Shown one piece after another: positions 23,101 to 36,415 of a stretch of 64,000 nt of DNA (within the stretch, counting starts at the first letter, position 1; each line of letters starts with the position of its first letter). The stretch is from Takakia lepidozioides (lineage: Eukaryota > Plantae > Bryophyta). The notes under the pieces were generated by a model that did not search any database, was not told the origin of the DNA, and saw nothing but the letters and a program-made list of their open reading frames with translations. The translations under genes and the position numbers were made by a program. The stretch lies in the NCBI GenBank assembly GCA_030704615.1, contig CM060731.1:27342001-27406000 (forward strand). Reading direction: 5' to 3'.

Positions 23101-25388
23101 TAAGGAGTCCTAAGGGCAATTATAAATAATAATCTATATCTTTTCATTTTTCCACTCTTAGGACTCCTTAGGGTGCCCTAAAGAGTCGTAAGGGCGACTA
23201 TTTATAGTAATTTACATATTTCTATTCCCCCCCCCCCCCGTCTTACGACTATCTAGATGGATGCTCATGCATTACAAATGGATGTATGAACATTTATTGA
23301 TAACAAAATTTTGTTTTGATTGTAATAAATGGTGACAACCTATCTATATGTTCTCATTTTCCCACTCACTCCTTAGGGGTGCCCTAAGGAGTCGTAAGGG
23401 CGATTATTTACAGTAATTTACATATTTCTATTTCCCCCCCTCTTATGAGTTCTTAGGGCCACAATCTGAGTTCCCGAACCTCCTCCATACTAAAATCCGA
23501 AGGGACGTTGCAGGCTCAGATCCGGTTCGGGATATGTGCGAAGTTGATATGGCCACATATTTAATGTATAAATGCACGGTATTAGAAGGTGTATCACCCC
23601 AGAGGAATTTACCAGGAGTAAATATCAGAAGTTATCAAGTTACCATATTATCGAAGTTATCATAATTTACCATGATTTACCATAATCTACCATGAGTTAC
23701 CATTAGTTACCAAGTTACCGAGAGTTTATCAAATTATCGAGAGTAACGTGGAAAACTGCTCAGGAAGATTCATTTAGAAGAAACTTCTCCATCAAGATAC
23801 CTCATTTGTTTAATGAAACTTCTCTATAAAAAAGCTTTTGTTTAAAGAAACTTCTCCATCGAGAAACCATTGGAGAAACTTCTTAGGGAACCTCCTAGTA
23901 GCCAATATATATAGGAGGCGAGACTAGACACTCTTCAATCTCACCAACACAAGTTTAAGCTACTATTGTTTCCAGTTCCAGTACTCTAGTCCAGTTTCCA
24001 GTATGTGGTACTCCAGTCCAGTTTCCAGCATTTCAGTATTCAAGTCGAGTTTCAATATCTTGTACTCTTGTCCATTGTTATAACGATAATCTTGATTCAT
24101 GTTTACCCACCATGCATTCGGCCACGCCGACCTTGACTTCTTGTCTAGTCTTGTACCTCTAGTCTGATCTCTTGTTTGTGTTCAGTCGCGTTCTCGTCCT
24201 TGACAGCACTCAGTGCACTCTGCAACTGAGCTACTGACTGTTGGTTACTTTCAAATATTGATTAAATAAAATTAGGTATTTGATCACATCTAAACTCGGA
24301 TTTCTATGAAATTTGTTCTCAAATGTTCACTATTCGATTTCTGATTATTGGGCATTGAATTCTTAGAAAAAAGAATACTTTGTTTCTTAGCTATATGTTG
24401 CACTTAGGATTAGGCTTGCTTTCAAACATTCACTAAAATGAGGTTTTTGACCACATCTAAAATCGGAATGCTATGAAATCTGTTCTCACATGTTCAATAT
24501 TCAATTTAGATTGTTATGCATTAAATCGTCTGTTACCACATATTATGTCCCTCATCTATGGCATGCTACACTTGTCAATTTAGGCCTTGCTTTCAAACCT
24601 TGATTCACTAATAATAGGTTTCATATCACTCCAAATGTGTCCACTCTCACTTTATTACCACAACAGCCTTAATGTGTAAGGTAACTTTTTCATTCGACCT
24701 CTTTGTTACCCACCTTGACCAATCTTTTTCTTAATGAATTGAAATCTAGTTCCATCCTTACGGGCGTTCTTGACATCACTCTGGTATCCCATGATCTCTT
24801 ACACCATTGTAATGCTTGTAGATATTCCTGGTCTTTCATCTTCCAAAGCTGGTCCAAAAAAGTAAGTTCCATGCCTCCATCTTTTTCAGCTTCTAGTCCG
24901 ATTTTAATGTCGAACCCGAACCTTAAATAACCATCATCATGTCTTGTTGCTGCCCCTAGGTTAAATTTCACCGTTCTTTTTGGGCACGGGTATTGCTGCT
25001 CCTTTCTCATACACACTGTCCTATCGGAACATTGTCTCACTCATACTTCTCTTGGTTTCAGGTACTCCTAGTTCAACTGTTGGTTTATGCTTCATTTTCT
25101 TTCTTTTCAATCCTCCTTCATCGTTCGTTGTAAAGTCATCTTTGATGGACCAAGTATATTTTCCTTTACTGTGCTCTTACTTATGAATCTCACCAACCCT
25201 TGCTATTTGTGGTTGCTCCTGCAACAATATTTTCTTGTCTTCATGCATTTTCTACTCTGTTTCCGTTCAAATGGTATACTAGCTGAGCCAATCTTTCATC
25301 CGTACTTCCCCTTACGGCCAACCTTGGACAAACTCCCAAATCATGTGGGGGGGGGGGGGGGGGTGAGAGCAGCAACGTATTTTTGAAC

Positions 25389-26072
25389 GGAAGACGATAG
25401 GAATAATGTAAAAACTTAATGGACGGGTGTGATTCGACGGTACTTTCATCAGATCCCGGCAGCCTGGGCTCTTCCGGCAGGGCCGTCAAATCCTCCCCAC
25501 CCCCTCTTACCTTGGTTTCCCTATTAAATACTTAAGAATCCATGTGGGTTTCAAGCTGTGGTGGTTTCCTTGGTAAGATGATAGCATTGCAGGCGGCGAG
25601 GTTCAAGATTCAATTCTTGATGGGAGGCTCTTGTAGTGTAACCCCCGATCAATGTAACCCTCTAACCGGTGTAACCCTTTGTAACCGCGGTTTCTCATGT
25701 AACTCTGGTTAGTCCATTTTATACTTAGCCAAATTTGGACTTCGTCAAATTTCAAAGACCAAGTGTGAGTTACACCGAGTGGAGTTACACCTCCATTCTG
25801 CGTAACCCCGAGTGGGGTTACAGTGGGGTTACACTACTAGGAGTTACACCTCCATTCTGTGTAACCCTGTGTGGAGTTACACCTCCATTCTATGTAACCC
25901 CAGGTGGAGTTGCACACCTCGTCGTGTAACCCCGACTGGTGTTGACACTCCTTCAGTTCCATGTCGTTCTCAAGAGAGGGTGGGGAAGATTTGACATGCC
26001 AAAAACCGGAGTACCGTCCTGTCAGAGGTTGCACATGTGCATTAAGTTCTTACATTATTCCTATTATCTTCC
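25389..26072. mobile_element. Mutator-type MITE
   Basis: ~33-bp TIRs ggaagacgataggaataatgtaaaaacttaatg / cattaagttcttacattattcctattatcttcc. 9-bp TSD tttttgaac (25380-25388) / tttttggac (26073-26081). Internal gtaaccc/gagttacac repeats. Confidence 0.85.
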
Positions 26073-26942
26073 TTTTTGGACACATGGAATTGCTTTACGC
26101 CTGCACTACAAGTATTGCTATGGTTTGCAGGTAAAAGAAGAGTTTTTGCTAGCAAGTGTGCCATTCATACACGATGTCTTTGCATTGCCAAGCCCCACTG
26201 TACTTCTCACCTCATTCATCCTCATCTCCTCCAAGCATAAAATTAACCCACCTCCTATATCTGATGGTGCTTGATTCTATGTAAAAGGAGACACCAATCC
26301 TAGTATTCTCAGGCATAGATGGTGGCAACTAGCTCCCACTCCACACCACCTCTGAAATTAGTGGAGCCCTTATCTTTCCTTCCCTATATCTCTCTAAAGT
26401 AGCCATCTCTATGTTACACAAATTTCCGCTCAAACTGGGCGCGGGGTCACAAGGCTACGGCTTATGAGTACACTCTATGTTACACAAAGCAAAAAATGCA
26501 AAACACATCCCTTTCTTGCAATAAAGGCACTACAAATTTATGACAATCTGTGTTCCTCGCGGCACTATGTGTGTGCATCTATCAACAATCAGTTGGAAAG
26601 TTGTGTTACAATGATTACATTGGTCCAAAATACATGCAATGGCCCATATTTAGCACAGCGTATGCTCAGAACACATCGGCACATGATATGCACTGCAGAT
26701 TGAATGCAGCATCCCCACTTTCAAATACGCAGAATGGCACAAAGAAGCGAATGGATTAAGATGAGATAAGACTGCGAGACCTTTATATAGCAGCAAAGTT
26801 ACAGAGCACAAGTTTATCCATATTATCACACAAATTCCTTTTTTTGGAGTGCACTGCTATGAAGGAAACAGTCGTGCTGGATGCCCAACTACTATTAGTT
26901 GTTGAGCACGTTATGATAATGGAAGATAGCCAACACCGATAC

Positions 26943-27258
26943 ACTAGGTATGGTATCAGTAGGGGATCCTGCCAGTAATCATTCTTTCAAACAAAATTGG
27001 ACTTCAGTCTATATGCCAAGGCAGAAAGACTATTACAGTGCTTCAGTTAAATCTCTCTTACACATCCTGTAGACTACACGTTGGATCACTTGTGAATGTA
27101 CTAGGTATGGTATCAGTAGGGGATCCTGCCAGTAATCATTCTTTCAAACAAAATTGGACTTCAGTCTATATGCCAAGGCAGAAAAACTATTACAGTGCTT
27201 CAGTTAAATCTCTCTTACACATCCTGTAGACTACACGTTGGATCACTTGTGAATGTAC
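26943..27258 (+). repeat. 157-bp tandem duplication
   Basis: actaggtatggtatcagtagggg... starts at 26943 and again at 27100; the copies are nearly identical. Confidence 0.95.
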
Positions 27259-28985
27259 CACCTTCCACACACAGCTGGACTTCTTCGTCTGAGGTTGACC
27301 CATCCTAAGCATTTGGCAAGTCCGGCAGTGAGTTGCTATTACCCGGCTGAACCACAATCCCAATCCAGTCTCTTGAGCAATAAAGGTCAACAGAACCTGC
27401 ACAAGGAGAACATTCCATGTTAGACTGACAGATCAGAACCTCAACGATATCCAACGATAAATTTACTCAACACCTAGATCCAAAGCCCTGCTGCACCTCC
27501 AATGTTTGTCTTCTCTCTGACCAGAGGAGGATAGATGTGTAGAAGAGATGTTCAACACCTTCCCCTCAAGATGCCAGCCCTTAGACTGGCCAACGTCAAC
27601 TGCCATAAAAAATCATCTACTTATAAAGGAGGATGCACTACTCGGGTGGCCAACTGACAAGACTCCAAATATCATCAGACAAGCTTCCAGCCAACAGCAC
27701 CTCTCCTAACTCGAGAGAAACACTGTTTGGATATGATGAGACAGCCTTTATATGGACCCCTATCCCCTTATCCCTCACTTCCCCACGTCCTTTTCAGCAC
27801 TAAAGACAAACCAATCAGATCTCTGTTCTGCGAGCAGCTATGCATGTCCCTTCCTCCATTGGAAGAGATCTATCATGCTCCAGTAGAAGATATAACATAT
27901 ATTATAGCACGCACACACCGAAGTATCAGAAATTCCACTTTGGCACGTATGGTTGCTACAGTGAGCAACACAAGGTGGCTGCAGACTAGAACCCTGGTTT
28001 AGTGGATGAAGCACTCCGCTACCCTAGTTACATTCAGTTGGTAGTGAACAAGTTAAGAGGTTATGTTAACAAGTACCTCACGGTGGTGGCGTCAATTTGG
28101 TCAGCATGTGGCAAGTCAAAGGCAGAGGTCAGAAGAGGGATCTGCTTCAGTTGGTCAGAAGTTAAGAGCAATACTACACCCAGCAAGCACAACCCAGTAA
28201 CCGCAGAGAGGAACTGTGGCCACTTGTCAGTGTCCAAGGATATGTGATTGTGCTCCAGGCTTATGTTACAGAGCTTGGTTGTTACTCTTTGGCCCAATCC
28301 ATTATCAAACAGAATACCACAAGCGGAGGGAGAGAGTGACAGAAGACTTGGAGACACAAAAATTGTTGAGTCAAATTCGAACCCTACTGTGGAACATGAA
28401 ATTTTGTGATTACCACACTTTACATAGGTTAAGTCCTAGTTCAACCACACTCTCATACTGCCAGCCTCAGAGAGCTGCAGTACGGAACAGCGAGGAAGAT
28501 AAGGGAACTGCTGCATGGTCAGACGCTACTGTACTCTCTCACAATGTTCACCCCTGGCTACCAAGTCAGCGTCAAAAAAGCCATCATCATACACTGTGTC
28601 ACCATGAAGCTGTGTGACGAGTATCGCTAGCAACTGGCTATGAACAAAAGCTAAGCTGGTCTGTGGATACAAGCTTTTGATGAAATCAAACATTAAAGGA
28701 AAAACCTCAGCTGAGCATCTAGAACAATAATCCACTGCACCTTTCTCTTGGTTCGTAACATTGCTGCTGGAACCGGGATAGCTGCTGCCTTCTCCCATAC
28801 AACAATTTTGTGTCAACCCTGTGTGCTCTACAAAGTAAATGCTGCTTCACTCCATCCAAGAACTGCCACCTCAGCATCAACCCCCTTTGTAACACGCAGG
28901 GCCAGATGAATTGCCATGTTGGCAGCATCATTGCCAAGACAGATGCTAGAGAACTTAAGCTCCAGGCAAAGTTTACATGTAGAGG

Positions 28986-31900
28986 CTAACGCCGAGTCTT
29001 GGCTCGCTTCATGCCCGGGTTGTTGAATGGGGAAACAGTGCCACTCATGTGCACTGGACTGTCCTCCCGGAGAGTGCCATTCAGAATAGCGAGCTCCCGT
29101 AGTTGAGCTCTCTTCACCAGATCAAGTGTCTCATCCTGAGATAGTCAATGGAAACCAGTGTTGTTTCAAGAATAATTCACAACTTTGCAACAATCTGCCC
29201 AACCTCTCTCCTCTGGGGCACTTTAGGGGTACTACAGTATGCATGAAAGGGAACTTCAACCCCCATTGAAACCTCTGAAATTGATAGAATCGTAGTCCAA
29301 AAGGAATTGGCTTTACCCTGAGATTGTCCTTTGAGGTCATATAGACACTGGGAGAGAGGCCTTGGCCCCATAAGACCTTCTCATTCCTCTGATCTCTCAA
29401 AAATGCACTATGGTCAAAAAACGACCGTATATAAAGTCTACTGACCCTCCCTCCCTCCCTTCCCTTTTAGAAAGTGTACTGTATACATCACTACCATTCT
29501 ACACACCACAGTTGTACATGCTGTTCAATTGACTTTTCAACTTCGGACACATCATTGGGACATCACTATTTTGTCACGTAGTTCTACAGAGATGTGCATG
29601 ACATCAGACTAAATTGAATAGAGAGGTCAAGAGACATCAGAGTACCACAGGTCTAAGTAATTCCTCAAGAATCTCGCATGCATGGATGAGTTGCGCATCA
29701 ATAATAGAGGCAGGCAGCTCAGCCTCAATCAGCACATGTAGTGGCTCATTCAAGTGCTCAAAGCCCGGCTTATCTCTCAACTTGTCTTCCTGCAGAGACC
29801 GACCATTCCAAGGCATGAGTCTTGTTGCAATATGGAGATCGATGAGCGATGGCATGCCAATGATCCAGCAGTGATAGCTCCTCCTGTATAATACTTGCTG
29901 TAAATGGTCCGCATTACTTCCAGTTCGTCCTTTCCAGTAGTAGCAGTAAATACCTTGGCAGTGTCTTTGATGGAACCTCGACCCCTTATCAAGACACGAC
30001 ACCCAGTTGTGGCTTCTACCCGCTTCAATGAATTACCACGGGGCCCTAAAATTCTTCCTACAAAGTTGAACTGCACAAAGGAACAATTTATTCTTGATGT
30101 GGTTAGAGCATGCTCATGACGAGAGGGTGCAACCGGCAGCCCACCTGTTGCCCTACATGAAGCACCATGCTGACTCTAAAAAGACAACTCTCCAAATGGA
30201 CACCACCTGAACAATGAAGGACTCTGCAAAAGTGAGCGCCAATACTACCACTGCCCACACATGCAATCGTGGGGTGCTGAAATCATACACTCCAGGTACA
30301 CCTACAGTAACAAAGAAGGAGTGAAGTTGCTCCTTAAACATGGGGTTCCCAATGCGTGTGAAGAATGACCTCTTCACCACACCCAACTACCTCCCACTGC
30401 TTGTGAGTGCCTTGTTACCTATGCAAGCTAATTACTAATTATCTATTTCAAAAAATGTGATGTTCCACAGTGGTACATACATTGGGATACTTAGCAACAG
30501 GCACTTCAATGCGCTGCGTTTTCTTTACAATCGGTCCTGATGCAGGAGTACCGTGCCAATTTGCCTGAGGCATCCCAAGCCTCTGTGATCCCACCCCCAC
30601 CCCAACCCAACCCAACCCCCAGAAACAGAATGGACATATATAGATATATCAATAACTTGGTACTTTATAGATGTGAGACCAAAAACGATGAAGGGAATCC
30701 ACAACTGGAACAGCAGGAAAAGGAAAAGGGGAGAGCTGCAAGACATGCATACTTCACCCCAGCCGTTCAAGTCAGAACTCCCATTAGTCAATAGTGTTCC
30801 AGAAGACAGTGGACTTCCATGCTCCAATCCATCCTGCTCCAGAAATGATGAACTGCCCACAAGCGCCGTCACTCGCACTATTTCTGAGTCACACAAGCAA
30901 AACCATCAGAAGATCTTCCCATATGTTGCACATAACCAAAATTCAATGACACGCCTGCAGCATTGCAAAGACAAAAGAACAAAGATAAACTAGAGTAAGT
31001 CCATCTACCCAAATTAGCAAAGGTCATATCCATATCCATTAGTCTCCAGAAACCAATATTAATGTCTAAGGGGCCATTGAAGTCCTCAGATCATAATAGA
31101 AAAGAAACAAATAGCTAAGACAATGGACCTACATACATCCACAAGTATACAAAATATATCTTCCTATTACCGAGTTCTCTCAAATAATAACACCCTATCC
31201 TAGAGCTCATCACAACCTAGGATGTATAAAGCTGGCAAGAGGCAAACAAAGGACAACAAGGCACATACCCTGATCAAGCAGGCCACTGCAGTTTGGTAAA
31301 ACTTGCATGAATGGACCCAATTTTTGCCTCTCCGCCAACAGTTCTGAAAGATACCTGTGTATTGCATATGAGCAAAACCAGACGTGTAGAGTTGCAGCCG
31401 GTCAAACTTCAATATATCAATCATAGTTCAGTTTTTGAATGACAGGATTTTTCTTTAAACACAAGCAGTTCAATGATATGTATTCCAAAAACAGAGCAGA
31501 AGTATCTACTTTTTCCCACCGATCTTTATTATTATGGAGTGGTTGAATGTTTGAGTCTCATGAATCTCATCGTATTACACAGCTGAATGTACTTAGCCCG
31601 GAGGCATACATGCATGACAGTCAGCTGGTAAGCTCCGAACCACCGTGCACCAGCCAGCGTCGGAGACGTAGCACCAGACCAATATGCGAGAGACGTTAAG
31701 ATGAAGGAAAAAAAAAAAAAAAAAAAACATCTGAGACTCCACCGCCCTTACATAATTTCTTCATTTCTTCCTCGGTGGAGTCGAAAACTTGACACGTATT
31801 ACCGCCGCAGTGTTTGAAACTTCTCAGACTCACTCGACTGTCGTCTCGAAAACTTAAGCTGCTCTTTCGAGGTTGAAAGAAGCCAGGGTACGGACCTACT

Positions 31901-32145
31901 CACCATGCTCACTACGTTACAAGATCATTACCGAAAGTGATGAAGACTCTTGTGTCACATCAACGAAATTTGAGAGATGGCGGACGAGGAGGAGTCATTA
32001 GCAACAGAATCGATCATAAAAAAACCCTGAGAGAAGCTGCAAGAACATACTTGTCGTGCTCAGCAGCCGCACCAGAAGAACGAAGGCCAGCAAGCTGCAG
32101 GGAGCCTCCCGCTGATGGCGAATATTGCATATACCTCCCTGCCAT
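28986..32145 (-). CDS. STAR/Quaking-like KH-domain RNA-binding protein (SPIN1-like), 7 exons
   Basis: [15 protein letters not shown] / [28 protein letters not shown] / EIVRVTALV.. / [25 protein letters not shown] / [36 protein letters not shown] / [26 protein letters not shown] / [37 protein letters not shown] introns; appears intact. Confidence 0.93.
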
Positions 32146-32419
32146 CCTCCTGCCTGTGCTGCCTGCCCCAGCTTTCCCGCACCTTGATCTCTCCAACTGC
32201 CACAATCTTTCCTTGAATCCTTGTCTCTAGTACTTACGCGATCTTCACCCTTTCCCTGCGCATACCTTATCTTTGGTCTTGCCTCTAGCTGTGGCCAATG
32301 CATGTTCCTTTGCAGAACACGCACAGGCTTACGTCACCACTCCAATCAGTGCGTTTTGCCCATTCTTTCCCGTTTAATTTATTCATTTAAGGAATGGGAA
32401 CTATTCCTTCTTCTTTTTT

Positions 32420-33187
32420 CTTTAAGAAAAAAAAAAAACAAAACAGGGGGATTGTAGCCCTCACAAATTTATTGAAGAAGGGGTAAGGAAAAAATAACCT
32501 TATAGAGAGCCATAAGGCAGATTACAGAGGAACCAACATTACAGAAATCAAGGAAGATGAATCTAGACTAAGTAGGAATTAATTCCTTACATAGTCGAAA
32601 ACAGGGAGAAGTGAGGAGAAAGTATAGAGCTGAAGTGTCCACTCTACATAGATGAACCTGTCCAGCAAGAAGAAGGAGAGCAGGACCTAGTTTGCCAGAA
32701 AACATCCTACATACTGCCTGCGTTTCCTCTCAGGACCCTCATAAGTAAGTTGTGCCTTTGCTTTTGCTTTCCTAGAGCCACTACGTTTGTGTCTCCAATT
32801 GATTTCCGTGTCTTCGTTCTCCAGCGAGGTTTGTTTTGTACTAGTTGAGCTTCCAACAGGCGGGGGGGGGAGTCTTCCCACACAATTCTTGTGTCTTCAA
32901 TTCTCCTGCAGAAAACAAAGTCCTTCCCCCAAGATTCGTCCAACTTGGCAAAGAGTTTGGGTCTTCGATTGCTGTGACACTTGGAAAGAGCTGCAAGCAA
33001 AACAGACCAAGCTTTGCGAGCCTCAACCTAAGGTCTGAGTGAGCCAGATAAAGAACTTTCTGCACACACGGCCTCTCTTTCTGATACACCACACAGCACC
33101 TCATTTTCCACAACTGCCAAAGGATTATCCCCCTGATAGATTCCCACACTGGACAAGAAGAGTGCATTTTGCCATTCTTAACATTAA
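32420..33187 (-). mobile_element. L1-type LINE, 3' end (ORF2 C-terminus and 3' UTR)
   Basis: VWESIRGIILWQLWKMRC is the typical ORF2 C-terminal WxxWxxR motif. It continues the SPWVLLLN segment at 35136+ once the TTAA element is removed. Left boundary approximate. Confidence 0.7.
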
Positions 33188-35135
33188 CCCTTAAGCGCCC
33201 ACCAGGCCCGTTTTGGGCCTCGCTTTTTGGTTTTTTGTCCTTGGATTTCTCAGATTTCAATCAATTGAGCCCATTTTTTTTCCAGCGGACCGTCCACTTG
33301 TCGGACAGGAATCCAATGAGCGATTGATGGGATTTTTTGGTTAGGGTTAGGATTTTTGGTGGCCAAGGCGGTGGGGTCTGCTTTGCGGCGTGAGAGCAAC
33401 TCTCCTGCGTTTTTTGGGCTCTCTCACCTTGCGTGTTTCTCTTCCTGGCCTCACTGTGCTCGTGTTTCGGGAGCTCTGCTGCGGCGTGTGTATGCAGGTG
33501 GCCGTTGCAAAGTGGCAGGGGGCCGTTGCCCATAATGTCGTTGAGATTCCTGCATTGCATTGCCTTGGACGTTGTTTTGTGTGGAGCCGTAGCCTTCTTT
33601 GATGCATGTGAGTGGCTGGTGGTTCACTAAACATTCTGATTGATTGCTCCTGCAGAGACGTGGAGACTCTTCCGAAAGGTGGAGTGTCCACGGGCTGGGT
33701 TGTGGCCTTGTGTTTGTTCCTCAACACTCTAACGTGCTTGGGGGTAAGTGCTGTCATGCTAGTTTTGAGCTTGAAGAGGTTTTACTAACTACTTTAGTGT
33801 AGAGAGTCGCTTGACAAGTCCTAGGATAGTGGGTCAATGGTGTGTGGGAAGTCTATGGTCACTTCTAATGCGCAGGTGTATGTCTTGGCTGGTGCAGCAC
33901 TCCGAGATCTGGTTATGGGTGCAGCCAGTTCCTGTGTGGTAGTTTTGTGATATGCCAATTTTGCGTGCAGGCTTTTGAGTGTTCTAGGCTGTAGTGGCAG
34001 TTGTGCTTGGATTTTTGGTGACTAATCAGTTCGTAGTTAGTACTGCTGCAACATAACATAACCAGCTCAGGTAGTATGATGCTAGTTTAGTCCTTGCCAT
34101 AGTGTAGTGTGGAGGAGGCATAGTTGCATGTTCAGGTCTTGCTACAGGCATTTGTTATGAAAAGACTAAGTTGCCTTCATGTTCAGCGGGCGTATGTGGT
34201 AGAGCAGGTTAGTGGTTAGTCCGCTTGTCAAGCGGGGGTGCACATGTGTTCATGTGCGAGCTGCCAGTTGGGGCAGGTTACTGGGTTCAATTCCCACTCA
34301 CACAATTGTAGGGCTCTGTGCTTGGATGGGGTGGGATTGTGGAATCTGTTTTATGCTCGATGTTGCTCAAGCCTGCTGTAGAAATCATACACGGGGACTT
34401 GTTGTATGTAATCCATGAATGGTTGGGCTGTACACCCTCAAGCACAAAGCACCTCTCAAAATGTGGTGGACAGCCTTTTGTAATTCAGTAATCAGTGCTG
34501 TTTTGGGTAGCCCTCTTGCTGCAGTACTGTGGTCATTTTATGTGTGAAGGTCTACAGCCCTGTTGGTCATGGTTGATGGTCATTTTATGTGTGGAGGTCT
34601 ACAGCCGTGTTGGTCATGGTTGAAGGGTGCTCCAGCAAACATACACCAAACAAACACCATGGCATGATTCAGGAAACAAAGGGAGTTACATGCATGACTT
34701 TGTCATTTTTCCAGCACCCCAAATTCTCAAAATCTGACCCCCTTACCCCCTTACGTTTGACGAAGTGTCAACACCACTATTTTTGTCCAAATCACTTTTT
34801 TCTTTTTGGGCTGGATGGAAGGACCCACCAGGATGAACATGGAGCAGTTTCAGCCCATTCGGCTTTCATCCCGTCATTCAATTTTGCGCTGGCGTAGAAA
34901 GTAATTGTAATTTTGTTGAGTGGGGTCCAAAAATGGACCCCACATTCAACGGTGGCGTTTTGGCGATCTCGCTCTGATTGGCCTCACATTTGGTGTGTCC
35001 CTGCACAAGGTAGGTACACACCTAATGTGCTGTCAAAATCTTAATTTTTTTTGTTTTCAAGATTTTATGAGGTTTTTCCTGCGCAGGAGTCTTGTTTTTG
35101 AAAAAAGTCAAACTTTGTCACTGGGTGCTTAAGGG
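33188..35135. mobile_element. piggyBac-like non-autonomous element (TTAA target)
   Basis: TTAA|CCCTTAAGCGCCCA ... TGGGTGCTTAAGGG|TTAA. TSDs at 33184-33187 and 35136-35139. TIRs of ~14 bp with one mismatch. No transposase recognised inside. Confidence 0.8.
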
Positions 35136-36415
35136 TTAAGCAGCAAAACCCAGGGAGATGAATCCAAGTCAGAAGACCAGAAAGAGTATAGAGAAAGGGC
35201 CTTGTCCCAAACAACTCGAGCGAAAGGGCATAACACCAAGGCATGTTCCAAATCTTCATTAGCAGCCAGGTTGCAAGAAACACATTGTGAAGGTGAATCT
35301 TCAAAGTTAGTTGCCACTGGCAAGATTCTGTTAACCACCTTCCACAGGAAAGCCGTTATCTTAGCATATCTGTGTTTTTTCCAAATGTCTCCTCAAACTA
35401 GTTTCCACGGCACCACAGGTCCAATTAAAGACCACTTCCGGTCAAAACCTCTTTTAGGCATCAACAACTTGTACCCCAGCTTAACCGAATATTTGAAGAA
35501 GGGATCATGTCCTTTATTCATCCATAACCACTCCCTAGGGTCAAACTGTAGCAACTTAAGGGTTAAGCAGCAAAACCGAGGGAGATGAATCCAAGTCAGA
35601 AGACCAGAAAGAGTATAGAGAAATGGCCTTGTCCCAAACAACTCGAGCGAAAGGGCATAACACCAAGGCATATTCCAAATCTTCATTAGCAGCCAGGTTG
35701 CAAGAAACACATTGCGAAGGTGAATCTTCAAAGTCAGTTGCCACTGGCAAGATTCTGTTAACCACCTTCCACAGGAAAGCCGTTATCTTAGCATATCTGT
35801 GTTTTTTCCAAATGTCTCCCCAAACTAGTTTCCACGGCACCACAGGTCCAATTAAAGACCACTTCCGGTCAAAACCTCTTTTAGGCATCAACAACTTGTA
35901 CCCTAGCTTAACCGAATATTTGAAGAAGGGATCATGTCCTTTATTCATCCATAACCACTCCCTAGGGTCAAACTGTAGCAACTTAAGGGTTAAGCAGCAA
36001 AACCGAGGGAGATGAATCCAAGTCAGAAGACCAGAAAGAGTATAGAGAAATGGCCTTGTCCCAAACAACTCGAGCGAAAGGGCATAACACCAAGGCATGT
36101 TCCAAATCTTCATTAGCAGCCAGGTTGCAAGAAACACATTGCGAAGGTGAATCTTCAAAGTTAGTTGCCACTGGCAAGATTCTGTTAACCACCTTCCACA
36201 GGAAAGCCGTTATCTTAGCATATTTGTGTTTTTTCCAAATGTCTCCCCAAACTAGTTTCCACGGCACCACAGGTCCAATTAAAGACCACTTCCGGTCAAA
36301 ACCTCTTTTAGGCATCAACAACTTGTACCCCAGCTTAACCGAATATTTGAAGAAGGGATCATGTCCTTTATTCATCCATATCCACTCCCTAGGGTCAAAC
36401 TGTAGCAGCTTAAGG
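35129..36415. repeat. 427-bp tandem triplication of the L1 zf-RVT region
   Basis: Units start with ttaaggg at 35129, 35556 and 35983; the native site is at 36410. Each encodes ..CVSCNLAANEDLEHALVLCPFA... Confidence 0.97.

Noticed and set aside
23507-24204. Possible solo LTR (TATA-like tatatatagg, short repeats, ends ...ccttgaca)
   Set aside because: No clear TG start, no matching TSD and no second copy in the window.
24690-25040. 116-aa ORF on the minus strand
   Set aside because: No recognisable motif or splice context.
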